In this document: positions 40,147 through 49,888 of the stretch, in pieces
Position numbering within the stretch: position 1 is the first letter of the stretch
Layout of the letters: each line of letters opens with the position of its first letter
Assembly (NCBI GenBank): GCA_963793265.1
Contig: CAWBZI010000001.1
Span: 544,001 to 608,000, forward strand
DNA: 64,000 nucleotides
Direction: 5' to 3'
Source of the DNA: an uncultured cyanobacterium
GTDB lineage: Bacteria; Cyanobacteriota; Cyanobacteriia; Phormidesmidales; Phormidesmidaceae
The notes under the pieces: model-generated
The model's database searches: none
Seen by the model: the letters and a program-made list of their open reading frames with translations, nothing else
What the model was told of the DNA's origin: nothing
Program-made: the position numbers and the translations under genes

Positions 40147-40884
40147 ATGGCTACTAAACTATCTAAGCGGATGAAGACGCTCGCTGAGAAGGTCGATAGC
40201 GATAAGGACTATCAGCCTCAAGAAGCGATCGCGCTCCTCAAAGAAACCGCATCAGCAAAATTCAACGAAACCGCTGAAGCGCACATCCGCCTCGGCATCG
40301 ATCCTAAGTACACCGACCAGCAAATTAGAACCACAGTGGCCTTGCCTAAAGGCACCGGGCAAACCGTAAAAGTCGCAGTGATTGCTCGCGGTGAGAAAGT
40401 AAACGAGGCTACTGAAGCTGGGGCTGCGCTCGCGGGCTCTGAAGAGCTGATTGATGAAATCAGCAAGGGCATGATGGACTTTGACGTGCTGGTGGCAACC
40501 CCCGACATGATGCCTAAAGTGGCGCGATTGGGCCGGGTGCTCGGCCCCCGTGGTTTGATGCCTTCGCCCAAGGGTGGCACGGTTACTTTTGACGTGGCAC
40601 AGGCCATTGAGGAATTTAAAGCAGGTAAGCTTGAATTTCGTGCCGATCGAACGGGCATCGTTCATGTTAAATTTGGTAAGGCAGATTTTTCACCCGAAGA
40701 TTTGTTGGAGAATTTGAAGGCGCTGCAAGAGACGATTGACCGCAACCGTCCTTCAGGTGCCAAGGGCCGATTCTGGCGCTCCGTTTCACTTTCAATGACG
40801 CAAGGGCCTTCTATTTCGGTAGATGTTCAGGCTTTGCGAGATTTGAAACTGAACGAACTGCTTGAAGCTCAGGCTGCTGGATAA
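40147..40884 (+). CDS. rplA: 50S ribosomal protein L1
   Basis: [29 protein letters not shown]. Confidence 0.98.
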   Translation: MATKLSKRMKTLAEKVDSDKDYQPQEAIALLKETASAKFNETAEAHIRLGIDPKYTDQQIRTTVALPKGTGQTVKVAVIARGEKVNEATEAGAALAGSEELIDEISKGMMDFDVLVATPDMMPKVARLGRVLGPRGLMPSPKGGTVTFDVAQAIEEFKAGKLEFRADRTGIVHVKFGKADFSPEDLLENLKALQETIDRNRPSGAKGRFWRSVSLSMTQGPSISVDVQALRDLKLNELLEAQAAG

Positions 40885-40978
40885 GCTAGTAAATAGCTTA
40901 TCGTCAGCTAGCAAAATCATTGTTTTAATGTCTTAGACCTAACAACTGTATGGTTCAACCTCAAAATTGAATATTGCA

Positions 40979-41046
40979 CACCAGAGACAGTGGGTGCGGC
41001 TAGTGGGATTCTCCCTGCTGCTGCTTAAATTACCCACCGAGGTTGC
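40979..41046 (+). ncRNA. L10 ribosomal protein leader (rplJL autoregulation)
   Basis: CCAGAGACAGTGGGTG...TTAAATTACCCACCGAGG pattern (AGACAG / YYGAGG kink-turn-like core) upstream of rplJ. Confidence 0.75.
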
Positions 41047-41107
41047 GTTAGAAGGTTTTCATACCGCTTTCAATTTAGAGAGTCATGAATAGATCTTTGA
41101 GACGTTT

Positions 41108-41139
41108 GCCCCGCTCTGGTTGTCAGGTCGGGGCTTTTT
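41108..41139 (+). terminator. Intrinsic terminator/attenuator in the rplJ leader
   Basis: GCCCCG...CGGGGC stem followed by TTTTT. Confidence 0.6.
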
Positions 41140-41248
41140 AATGAGACGCTTTTCAACAAAACTAAGCGCTTGCTCTTGAAAGACATGTGACACTCACAGG
41201 GTCTTTTTGCAGAGCATAAAAATCTAAACAAAAAGGAGGTGAAATGAA

Positions 41249-41776
41249 ATGGGAAGAACGCTAGCTAACAAGAAAGAGATTGTAACTGAGCTACAAACGC
41301 TTTTGGACGAGTCGCAGTCAGCTTTTGTGATTGATTATGCGGGACTCACCGTGGCTCAAATTGGCGACCTACGCGGACGCTTGAGAGAGTCTGGTGCGGT
41401 TTGCAAAATCTCCAAGAACACATTGCTCAAACGGGCAATTGATGGGCAAGAGCAGTGGCAAGAGCTGGAATCTTTGCTAACTGGAACGTCTGCGGTATTG
41501 CTAACCCAAGAAGACATTGGGTCTGCGGTTAAGGCGTACAAGAAGTTTCAGAAAGATACTAAGAAAACTGAGCTTCGCGGTGCGGTACTGGAAGGCAAGC
41601 TGCTGGGCCAGAAAGATGCTGAAGCACTCGCTGATCTGCCAACCAAAGACGAGCTGTACGCAAAAATTGCGATTGGCATCAATGCGGTGGCAACCAAAAT
41701 TGCTTTGGGCGTCAAAGAAGTTCCGGCTTCTATCGGCCGTGGTATCAAGGCTTATGCCGAGAAAGAAGAGTCATAG
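41249..41776 (+). CDS. rplJ: 50S ribosomal protein L10
   Basis: DYAGLTV, KNTL, LADLPTK; AGGAGG RBS; synteny. Confidence 0.97.
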   Translation: MGRTLANKKEIVTELQTLLDESQSAFVIDYAGLTVAQIGDLRGRLRESGAVCKISKNTLLKRAIDGQEQWQELESLLTGTSAVLLTQEDIGSAVKAYKKFQKDTKKTELRGAVLEGKLLGQKDAEALADLPTKDELYAKIAIGINAVATKIALGVKEVPASIGRGIKAYAEKEES

Positions 41777-41834
41777 CTTCGGCTTTGCTTAACTCATAAC
41801 GACACAATTCAACAAACTACAAGGAGAGACACCA

Positions 41835-42221
41835 ATGTCTACTGCAACTGACGAAATTCTGGAAAAACTGAAAACGCTATCTTTGCTAGAAGCTTCTGAG
41901 CTAGTAACTCAGATTGAAGAGGCTTTTGGCGTAAGTGCGGCTGCGCCCGTAGGCGGCATGATGATGGCTGGCGGTGGCGGTGGCGCTGCTGAAGAAGTTG
42001 AAGAGAAAACTGAGTTCGACGTCGTGTTGGATGAAGTGCCTGGCGATAAGAAGATTGCCATTCTTAAGGTTGTGCGTACAATGACTGGCCTGGGCTTGAA
42101 AGAAGCAAAGGGTATGGTTGAGTCTGCACCAATTACCGTTAAGGAAGCTGTGGCTAAAGACGCGGCTGAAGAGGCTAAGAAGTCTCTTGAAGATGCGGGC
42201 GCTAAAGTTACCGTCAAGTAG
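41835..42221 (+). CDS. rplL: 50S ribosomal protein L7/L12
   Basis: [26 protein letters not shown]. Confidence 0.98.
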   Translation: MSTATDEILEKLKTLSLLEASELVTQIEEAFGVSAAAPVGGMMMAGGGGGAAEEVEEKTEFDVVLDEVPGDKKIAILKVVRTMTGLGLKEAKGMVESAPITVKEAVAKDAAEEAKKSLEDAGAKVTVK

Positions 42222-42270
42222 GTTTTTAGCTTACTGATTGTTTGTAATAACGCAGTCTGATTGACAGATT

Positions 42271-42311
42271 GAAAAGAGAGGGGAGCTAGCGGTTGTTAGC
42301 TCCTCTTTTCA
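42271..42311 (+). terminator. Terminator of the rplJL operon
   Basis: GAAAAGAG...GGAGCTAGC-GGTT-GTTAGCTCC-TCTTTTC. Confidence 0.7.
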
Positions 42312-42352
42312 AACTTGTCAGCGAGAGAATTGTCATGTTCGAGATACTCTTA

Positions 42353-42564
42353 TAAGTAGATACGTGCAATTAAATTAAGGATAAGATAACTATCACTGCA
42401 TTGCCCCCCAGCCCCCACGATAGGGGAGCACAGGTTATCCAGAAGTAATTGACCGCCTATTACAGCAGGGGTTAAGCGCATCTTGTCTCAGAGCCCCAAG
42501 GTGGGGACGGGGGCCATGCAGTCAGTCCTTTTCATCTTCAGTTTAATTAAACAGATTCACCTAT
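42353..42564. mobile_element. Degenerate MITE-like long inverted-repeat element
   Basis: Arms AATTAAAT/GTTTAATT and ACTGCATTGCCCCC (42395-42408)/GGGGGCCATGCAGT (42509-42522, 13/14 match); non-coding. Confidence 0.5.
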
Positions 42565-42604
42565 CACTAACTCTGAACCGTATGTAGGCATTAGAGAAGT
42601 TTTA

Positions 42605-43057
42605 TCAGTTGTCAGAGATTCGATTTTCTTCAACAAACCGTGTGAAAGCGTCGAAGGATTCAAACTGAGGCTTTAGCTCGGGCCATTCGCGGCTGATGAG
42701 GGGGCAGCGAAGGGTTCGTTCCATGTCTTCGCGCCAAACTTGCCAGATGGAATCATCGATGTATTGTTGGTAGGCGAGGTAGTGGACTTCGCAAATGACG
42801 AAAAGGTAGTTGATGACGGCCTGGGTGAGTTCGGGCGATCGCACCGGCAATTTACTATCATCCAACCGATGATAAAACGCATTATCAGGAAAGCCATTAA
42901 TGGCGTCTTTATGGCGCTCAGTATAGGTAATGAAGGTGCTGACGTTCCACTGCTTGCGATTGAGGCGGGTGTTGGAGCGGATGGAAATGGCAGCGAAGAT
43001 GACGGAGATGATGGCGGCTAGCTGTGAGATTTGGGCGGTGATTGATAGCCAGTCCAT
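42605..43057 (-). CDS. Hypothetical protein with N-terminal TM helix (DUF4760-like helical protein)
   Basis: TM followed by YL...CE.HYL....YIDDSIWQVW pattern. Confidence 0.6.
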   Translation of the reverse strand: MDWLSITAQISQLAAIISVIFAAISIRSNTRLNRKQWNVSTFITYTERHKDAINGFPDNAFYHRLDDSKLPVRSPELTQAVINYLFVICEVHYLAYQQYIDDSIWQVWREDMERTLRCPLISREWPELKPQFESFDAFTRFVEENRISDN

Positions 43058-43096
43058 GGTGGGTTTGTTGGCGGGACGGTAAGTGTGTTGCGCTGT

Positions 43097-43118
43097 GCGT
43101 AAAGCCTTACGCCCCTAC
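43097..43118. repeat. GTAG-type REP-like palindrome
   Basis: GCGTAAAGCCTTACGCCCCTAC; near-identical to the copy at 14986. Confidence 0.7.
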
Positions 43119-43132
43119 AGTTTATCGGCAGT

Positions 43133-45832
43133 TTAGCGGGTTTGGTCGGGGGTGAAGGTGATGAAGACGGTGCTATCGACAGTGCCAGTGGTGATCGGTG
43201 GGGTGCCGCCTGTGATGTTGCTGACGGCAGCGCTGTAGCCGTAGCCTGCATCTACGCCCTGTACGGTGCCCCGGCTACCGTTTTGGGATAGGGTTGTCCA
43301 AAAGTTACGGGCTCTGAAATCGGGAGCCACTGACATCCAGGCGGCGTCTTGACCACCGTAGCCGCCGACAGACTGATTGTTGAAGGTGAGATTTTCGCGG
43401 TTGGGGAGGGTGGAATAGGCGGTGCCACCGAAGGTGAGGGTGCCCTGGCTGTTGGTGGCAATGTCGCCAATCCGCATGGTGTTGGACTTGGTGCTGGCGA
43501 GGCGGGGGAAGCTGAGCTGTGAGGTGACTAGCTCTCCGGTGATGGGGTTGACTCTGCCGTAGTAGGAAATGTGGGCCGCACCGCTGTTGTATAGGCGGCT
43601 GTTGGCGTCAATTTGAGTGAGGAAGGGGCGGTCGGAGCCAAACTGTTCGCCTTCGGTCATGGGCTGGCCGCTCCAGCGGAAAATGGTGGCGGTGCCTGCA
43701 CTTTCGCCGCCGATGTAGAGGTAGCCGTCTTGACCCAAAGTGACTCGGTAGAGACGGGTGTCGGCAACGTTTTGTTTGATGGTGTCAGCGGCGTTGCCAA
43801 ACAGGCTCCACTGCTGCTCGCCCGTAAAGTCAAAGGCTTCGAGCTTGGCGATTTGAACCGGGTTGCGTCTGCCCTGCAAGTCTACAAAAGAGGTGTTGCG
43901 GAAGCTGGTGACGTAGACCAAATTGTTGCCGTCTTGGCCGCTGCGAATTTCGAGATCGGTGACTTCTTTGTAGTCGAGGAAGTTGGAGAATAGCGGCGTG
44001 TTGTTGGTGTCGTATAGGTGAACGGTTCGGCCTGCGATCGCACCCACCACCCCAGTCTTTGAAATCGCCACTCGCGTAATCCCCGACAGCTCAATTTCGC
44101 TTAAGACTGCGCCCGTAGTCGCACTGAGCTTTAGCAGCTTATTGTCTGAGGCGATCGCCAACGTCCCACCACTATCAAAAGCAATATCCCGAATCGAACC
44201 CGTGAGGCTCACAGTTTGCGCAATCGCCCCTGTCTCAGGATCTATCCAGTAAAGCGCAGAGCCGGTATCCGTATTAACGGCTGCGATCGCCCCTCCACTT
44301 GTCATCACCACATCAACGCCCTGATTCCCAGGCAGCGCCAGGCTCGCACTTAAGCCGACATCGGTACTATAGCTACCGCTTCGGGTTAGCACAGACTCAT
44401 CAGGAGCACCATCGCCAGCGCTGCTTGGCTCAGGAACTTCGAGGACGAAAGGCGAGGTATCGGCTACATTACCTGCCAAATCGCTCACGCCCGCCACCGA
44501 AAATTCGTAGGTTCCAGTTGACAAGCGCTCTGCTAAGGTCAGCTCTACCTGGCTATCGCTGAGTCGGTTGGCTGACGCGATAGCGATCGCCTCTCCTACT
44601 TGATCGCCCGTCGCATTAAGCATATAGTTTGTCTGGCTATCTGCCCCACTATCTACCGCCTCACTAAAATCAACCTTAATCTTTGAGAAGGTCGCTGCCG
44701 GTTCACTGACAACCACTGATGAGTAAGTAGGGTTGGTCGTGTCGAGCGTGAACGTTTGTTGAACCGTATCTTGTTTGGTGCCAGTTGCGTCGGTAGCGGC
44801 TATTGTCAGCGTGTGCTGTCCATCCGGTAAAGTGCCGCCGTAAATCGCGTTTAGCTGAGCCGCATCTATGCTAAATCTACCGTCTGTTTGATTGTCAGGT
44901 GAATTGACTGTGGGAATAAAGGCGCTAGAAATATCTGTGTAGTCCTCAGCAGGCGTATCGTCAAAGCCTGCTTTCAAGCTAATAACTGCTGCCTCAGCGA
45001 CGACGCCTGCTACCGTTGGCAGATCCTTTGTCAAGGCAGGTGCCTCAGTCGTGATCTGAATTTCTGGTGTCGTCACAATGGCGTTAGGGCGGTAGCCGAT
45101 GCGATCGCTCACCGCCGCCTTATCTGTCTGAGTAATCTGCCTGTCACCATCAAAGTCAGCTTTAGCATTAGTGCCATCAACCGCTTCACCGACGCGCTCC
45201 TCTACAAAGATTTCATCCGTAACGTCCACCTGCTCGCTACCGTCAATATCCCAAGGAAAATAGCTAACATCATCTACGCCAATTCCCTTAATGGCACTCG
45301 TATTATTATCTTCATCGGTTTCAATCACTCTATTTTGCGTATCTACCTGGATGCCCAAAAAGCCAATGTCTGTAGCCGTATAGTTCGAGCCTTGGTTTCC
45401 TGGAATATTCACCTGCACGCGATCGTTTAGCAGCGCTAACGGTAGCTGCACGCTAACGGTGCGAGTCAGCGTATCTTCAGCATTTATTTTGTCAATATTA
45501 ATGCTTTCAACAACAATATCGTCGCTGTTACCGATCAGAGAATCTTCGGAGAAGAGAATGTCAACTTTAAAGCTGTCGGCAGCGGCCACACCCGTATTTT
45601 TTAGGGTGAAGATTACATCTGTTTTACCCAGCGGTAAATAGTCGTCAATCGCGTCAAAGGCGAGAATAGAAAGATCGCCGTCTTGACTTTGCTGTATACC
45701 AGGGCCAAGGGGGGCGAAGTGGATGGGGGGCGGGGCGATCGCAATAAGTTCACCGCCAGCGCCAACAGCAGAAGACGCGCTCATCGGGCTAGGTAGAGCG
45801 TCGGCAGGTAGGTAAAGAGCGGCGGTTTCCAT
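43133..45832 (-). CDS. Large acidic surface/secreted protein: CARDB-like Ig domain, dockerin-like paired Ca-binding loops, Big-like Ig domains, beta-propeller
   Basis: TLKNTG...VDTQNRVIETDEDNN; WDIDGSEQVDVTD...ADFDGDRQITQTD; DGQHTLTIAATDATG, FTLDTTNP, VSDLAGN. Confidence 0.7.
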   Translation of the reverse strand: METAALYLPADALPSPMSASSAVGAGGELIAIAPPPIHFAPLGPGIQQSQDGDLSILAFDAIDDYLPLGKTDVIFTLKNTGVAAADSFKVDILFSEDSLIGNSDDIVVESINIDKINAEDTLTRTVSVQLPLALLNDRVQVNIPGNQGSNYTATDIGFLGIQVDTQNRVIETDEDNNTSAIKGIGVDDVSYFPWDIDGSEQVDVTDEIFVEERVGEAVDGTNAKADFDGDRQITQTDKAAVSDRIGYRPNAIVTTPEIQITTEAPALTKDLPTVAGVVAEAAVISLKAGFDDTPAEDYTDISSAFIPTVNSPDNQTDGRFSIDAAQLNAIYGGTLPDGQHTLTIAATDATGTKQDTVQQTFTLDTTNPTYSSVVVSEPAATFSKIKVDFSEAVDSGADSQTNYMLNATGDQVGEAIAIASANRLSDSQVELTLAERLSTGTYEFSVAGVSDLAGNVADTSPFVLEVPEPSSAGDGAPDESVLTRSGSYSTDVGLSASLALPGNQGVDVVMTSGGAIAAVNTDTGSALYWIDPETGAIAQTVSLTGSIRDIAFDSGGTLAIASDNKLLKLSATTGAVLSEIELSGITRVAISKTGVVGAIAGRTVHLYDTNNTPLFSNFLDYKEVTDLEIRSGQDGNNLVYVTSFRNTSFVDLQGRRNPVQIAKLEAFDFTGEQQWSLFGNAADTIKQNVADTRLYRVTLGQDGYLYIGGESAGTATIFRWSGQPMTEGEQFGSDRPFLTQIDANSRLYNSGAAHISYYGRVNPITGELVTSQLSFPRLASTKSNTMRIGDIATNSQGTLTFGGTAYSTLPNRENLTFNNQSVGGYGGQDAAWMSVAPDFRARNFWTTLSQNGSRGTVQGVDAGYGYSAAVSNITGGTPPITTGTVDSTVFITFTPDQTR

Positions 45833-46022
45833 AGAGCAGTTGATAGTGGTTTATATAGTTAGGCAGCGGGCAACACAGATCGGCCCGAGTAGATTTACTC
45901 TCAAAAAAATAAATATCCGCACATATTGCAACTAATTGGCCCTACTACCGAACAACTTGAGCTGTTATTGGCTGAATGACTTAGGGATATATAAAGCAGG
46001 GTTGGTATATTTTGTCTGCCGT

Positions 46023-46439
46023 ATGTTGATGTTGCTATTTAGGGTTGAAAGCGAACGCTGGGCGATTGCAGCTTCTGAAATACAGGCCGTCATTCCACTG
46101 GTTGACCTACAGAAAATGCCACACAGCCATCCCACGATCGCGGGGCTGCTAAACTATCACGGACAAAGGCTGCCCGTCGTCGATGTGTCGGTTGCGATCG
46201 CCCAACGACAAGCCCCACCGCTGATGAGCACTCGAATCGTGATTATCGAAAAGCAGCACTCAGCCAAACAGCCGCAGCGAATGGGACTAATTGTTGATCG
46301 AGCCAGCAAGACAGAGCAGCTTACTGAAACGTCAGACTGGATCGCTAAAAATGAATACGCCCAAGCGACCTACCAAACCCCGTTGGGTGAAAGCGTACAC
46401 CGTTTAGCCTTAGCGTCTTTTTTTAATCAAGCAGGGTGA
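46023..46439 (+). CDS. cheW: CheW scaffold (WspB-like)
   Basis: MLMLLFRV...WAI, IAGLLNYHGQRLPVVDV, STRIVII. Confidence 0.85.
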   Translation: MLMLLFRVESERWAIAASEIQAVIPLVDLQKMPHSHPTIAGLLNYHGQRLPVVDVSVAIAQRQAPPLMSTRIVIIEKQHSAKQPQRMGLIVDRASKTEQLTETSDWIAKNEYAQATYQTPLGESVHRLALASFFNQAG

Positions 46440-46444
46440 GATAG

Positions 46445-47734
46445 GTGGAATATACGCGGTTGATACAGCGTGAGATAGAAGACTTGTTGCGCGATCGCAT
46501 CGGGTTAAATCCTGAGTCGGTAGGATCGCGCTCTATTCTACGGGCGGTCAAAAAAGGAATGCGCAGCGGAAAAATGCAGGGACTCTCAGACTATCTCATC
46601 AGCCTGAGAGCGTCGCCTGAGCTATTTGAAGCGTTAGTAGAGTCGATTGTTGTTCCAGAAACCAGCTTTTTTCGCAATCGTGCTTCGTTTGTTTTTTTGC
46701 GGCAGTGGGTCGCACAAGAATGGTTGCAGGGCGGCAAAATACCTAAAAGGCCGCTGCGGGTACTGAGTTTGCCCTGCTCTACTGGTGAGGAGCCTTACTC
46801 TATTGCGATTACGCTGCTTGAAGAAGGGCTTGAGCTAGACAATTTTCAGATCGATGCAGTTGATATTAGCGCAGCAGTGATCGCTAAAGCGAAAGAAGCC
46901 GTTTATAGTCCCTATGCTTTTAGACGCCAAACCTATCGTGAAGACGACAAGTACTTTGTATTAGGTAAGCCTGAGGGCTCAAAGGAGCAGCGAACAACTC
47001 AACGCTACTTTTTAGAGTCGTCTGTGCGAGAGAAAATCTCCTTTTCGCAAGGCAATGTGTTGACGCCTGGGCTACTAGCCGATAGAGCCCCCTACGATAT
47101 TGTTTTTTGTCGAAACTTACTTATCTATTTTGACCAGGCAGCGCGCGATCGCACCAATACACTGCTCTACCGGCTATTGCAACCCTCTGGACTGTTGTTT
47201 GTCGGCTATGCCGAAACAGGTTTGGTGATGCCAGATGCTTATCAGCTCGTGCCCTACCCTCAAACGTTTGCCTACCGTAAAAAGCTAGCAGATGGAACAG
47301 ATATTTGTGAGCCTCAGCGATCACAAATATCTGTTCCATCTGCCACAGTTCATGTAGCCGCACTTGAGGCCAGCTATCGCGCTAAATTCAAAAACGAGGA
47401 TGCCAAAAAACGAAAAGAGAGTTTGAGCCTAGCGAGTGCTCAACAGCTAGCGGATAAAGGAGACATGCAGCAGGCTATTGTCCAGTGCGATCGCTACTTA
47501 ACCCATCATCCCACAGATGCTCAGGCCCACTTGCTGCGAGGAGAACTATACGAGACAGCCGGCAACAGTAGCGCCGCCGAAGAGTGCTTTAAAAAAGCCA
47601 TTTACCTCGACCCGCAGCTTACCGCAGCGCTCACTCACCTCATGCTAATCAAAGAAGAGAAACAGGCTTTTGAGGAAGCAGCCGTCATTCGTGCGCGAAT
47701 TCATAGGCTAGCTGAACGCAGCTCTCAGCATTAG
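46445..47734 (+). CDS. cheR: CheR methyltransferase with C-terminal TPR (WspC-like)
   Basis: VPETSFFRN, SLPCSTGEEPYSIA, DIVFCRNLLIYF, TPR FKKAIYLDP. Confidence 0.92.
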   Translation: MEYTRLIQREIEDLLRDRIGLNPESVGSRSILRAVKKGMRSGKMQGLSDYLISLRASPELFEALVESIVVPETSFFRNRASFVFLRQWVAQEWLQGGKIPKRPLRVLSLPCSTGEEPYSIAITLLEEGLELDNFQIDAVDISAAVIAKAKEAVYSPYAFRRQTYREDDKYFVLGKPEGSKEQRTTQRYFLESSVREKISFSQGNVLTPGLLADRAPYDIVFCRNLLIYFDQAARDRTNTLLYRLLQPSGLLFVGYAETGLVMPDAYQLVPYPQTFAYRKKLADGTDICEPQRSQISVPSATVHVAALEASYRAKFKNEDAKKRKESLSLASAQQLADKGDMQQAIVQCDRYLTHHPTDAQAHLLRGELYETAGNSSAAEECFKKAIYLDPQLTAALTHLMLIKEEKQAFEEAAVIRARIHRLAERSSQH

Positions 47735-47773
47735 TTTCGCTTTATACAGATCTTGAGTAGGCTTCTTCCAACA

Positions 47774-49273
47774 ATGTTCGATCTCTCCTTAAAGAAAATC
47801 AGTACGCGGCTGTTGATAGGCTATTCTATTCCGCTGCTTTGTTTAGCCGGACTAGGCATATCTGCAATATCCACGGCCAGAGAAACGTTCGCCCTAGAAA
47901 AAGAAAGGGATGCGCTCAATGCTTATAGCAACGCGGCTAACGACGCGTCATACGATCTTATAGACTCTATTCGGAAGGTGAAGGGGAGCGTGATTAGTTC
48001 TGAAAAGTCTCGCGGTATGGAACTCTATAGTGCCAGTCGAGATTCGTTTGTAGCAGATGCCGATCGGCTAAATGAGCTAGCTGAAAGTCATTCTGACGAA
48101 GAGCTGAGCGAGCTAACTGACGTACTGGTGGCTGAAGGTGAGCGAATTCATCAAGTGGCGCAGCGTATTTTTTCGCTGCTAGGTGATGAAGATACTGCCC
48201 GCGCGCGGGCATTAGTATCTGAGCTAGAATCTGATAGCGTTGGCGTTGATCGCGCAGAGCTATTGATGCAGCTTCGAATGCATCTAGAAGAGAACACCGC
48301 GCACTTTGAACGCGCTCAAGATCGCCTGACAGACACCCTAAAATGGGGAACGGTGCTCGCTACGCTGACGACTATCGGTGTGGCCATCGTATTGACTCAG
48401 CAAATTCGTAGCCAAATGACCAAGATTGTGGGTGTCGTTGAACAAAACGGGATTCAGGTCACCACGTCTAGCACCCAAATTGCCGCCTCTAGCCGTCAGC
48501 TAGAGGCTAGTGTCACCGAGCAAGTAGCCGCTACTACAAAAATCACGGCAACAGCAACAGAAATTGCAGCCACAGCAGAAGAACTTAGTCAAACAATTGA
48601 GCGCGTCGGCGGACTTTCGGAGTCAGCAGCAGCAACCGCGAGCGCGGGCAAAGAAGATTTGGAACGGATGGCCGCGACGATTCAGCAGCTCACGGCGGCG
48701 ACCGCGACAATCTCTTCTAAGCTCGGCCTGATTGACGATAAGGCCAACAACATTAGCGCGGTTGTTACGACAATTACAAAAGTGGCCGATCAAACAAACT
48801 TACTGTCGCTGAATGCGGCGATTGAGGCAGAGAAGGCGGGCGAGTACGGGGCGGGCTTTTCGGTGGTAGCTAGAGAAATTCGACGGCTGGCCGATCAGAC
48901 TGCGATCGCCACGCTAGATATAGAAAACACCGTACAGGAAATGCTCTCTTCAGTGTCTACCGGGGTGATGGAGATGGACAAATTCACCCAGGATGTGGGT
49001 GAGAACGCACAGAGCATCTCACAGATTAGCGATCAGATGGCGCAGATTATCTATCAGGTGCAAAGCCTCGTACCGCAGTTTGAAATCGTCAGCGGAGGCA
49101 TGTTGGCCCAAGCGCAAGGCGCTCAACAAATCAAAGCCGCCATGGAACAGCTCAACGACACCTCGCAACAGACCGCAGATTCGGTAAAAGATACCAATCA
49201 GGTGATTCTTCAGCTTGGCGATGTGGCTCAGGATTTGCAGATGGAAGTGGCGCACTTTAGACTGGCGGTGTAA
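47774..49273 (+). CDS. Methyl-accepting chemotaxis protein (WspA-like; 4HB-type periplasmic domain, no obvious HAMP)
   Basis: Two TMs; ITKVADQTNLLSLNAAIEAEKAGEYGAGFSVVAREIRRLADQT hairpin. Confidence 0.93.
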   Translation: MFDLSLKKISTRLLIGYSIPLLCLAGLGISAISTARETFALEKERDALNAYSNAANDASYDLIDSIRKVKGSVISSEKSRGMELYSASRDSFVADADRLNELAESHSDEELSELTDVLVAEGERIHQVAQRIFSLLGDEDTARARALVSELESDSVGVDRAELLMQLRMHLEENTAHFERAQDRLTDTLKWGTVLATLTTIGVAIVLTQQIRSQMTKIVGVVEQNGIQVTTSSTQIAASSRQLEASVTEQVAATTKITATATEIAATAEELSQTIERVGGLSESAAATASAGKEDLERMAATIQQLTAATATISSKLGLIDDKANNISAVVTTITKVADQTNLLSLNAAIEAEKAGEYGAGFSVVAREIRRLADQTAIATLDIENTVQEMLSSVSTGVMEMDKFTQDVGENAQSISQISDQMAQIIYQVQSLVPQFEIVSGGMLAQAQGAQQIKAAMEQLNDTSQQTADSVKDTNQVILQLGDVAQDLQMEVAHFRLAV

Positions 49274-49888
49274 ATGAATACTCATTTGTTGAACCGTTTG
49301 CCGCCAGCAGGATATAGAGAGCAGCAGACGCAGAGAGTTGCGACCCGATGGCATAAAGGCGATCGCACACAGCTATTTTCAGCGATGATTTTTCGGCTGG
49401 GCAGAGAATGGTTAGCACTCCCCGCTGGCCTTTGTCAGCAGGTACTTTCACCGCTACCGGCTCACCGACTGCCGCACCGCAGCAACAGCACCTTACTTGG
49501 CATCATCAATGTGCGCGGTCAGCTTCTTTTAAAGGTTTCTCTGTTTGAAATATTAGGCGTATCTCCACAGCAGGCGGCTAATTCTGAGCGCTCTGTTGAT
49601 TCAAAAACTGTCGATTCAAAGACCGATAAAGAGAGCATGAAAGCGTATCCGCGCATGTTGGTGATAGAAAAACAGTCAGAAGACGGTGAAGTAGATAGCT
49701 GGGTTTTTGATGTAGACGAGCTGCACGGTATTCATGCTGTTGCGTTCAGCCAGTTATCGCCAGCCGCGCCTGGCGTTTCAACCGTGGCCCATCCCTGCAT
49801 TCGCGATGTCTTCGCCTGGCAAAACCAGCAGGTCAGCTTTCTAGATGACGTTCGGCTATTTGAAGCATTGAGGCAGCAGGCGTTATGA
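49274..49888 (+). CDS. cheW: CheW scaffold (WspD-like)
   Basis: IFRLGREWLALP, HRLPHR, LLGIINVRGQL, FDVDELHG. Confidence 0.88.
   Translation: MNTHLLNRLPPAGYREQQTQRVATRWHKGDRTQLFSAMIFRLGREWLALPAGLCQQVLSPLPAHRLPHRSNSTLLGIINVRGQLLLKVSLFEILGVSPQQAANSERSVDSKTVDSKTDKESMKAYPRMLVIEKQSEDGEVDSWVFDVDELHGIHAVAFSQLSPAAPGVSTVAHPCIRDVFAWQNQQVSFLDDVRLFEALRQQAL

Noticed and set aside
49592..49628. Short tandem duplication (VDSKT VDSKT) in the second cheW
   Set aside because: An in-frame slippage in a variable loop with no evident significance
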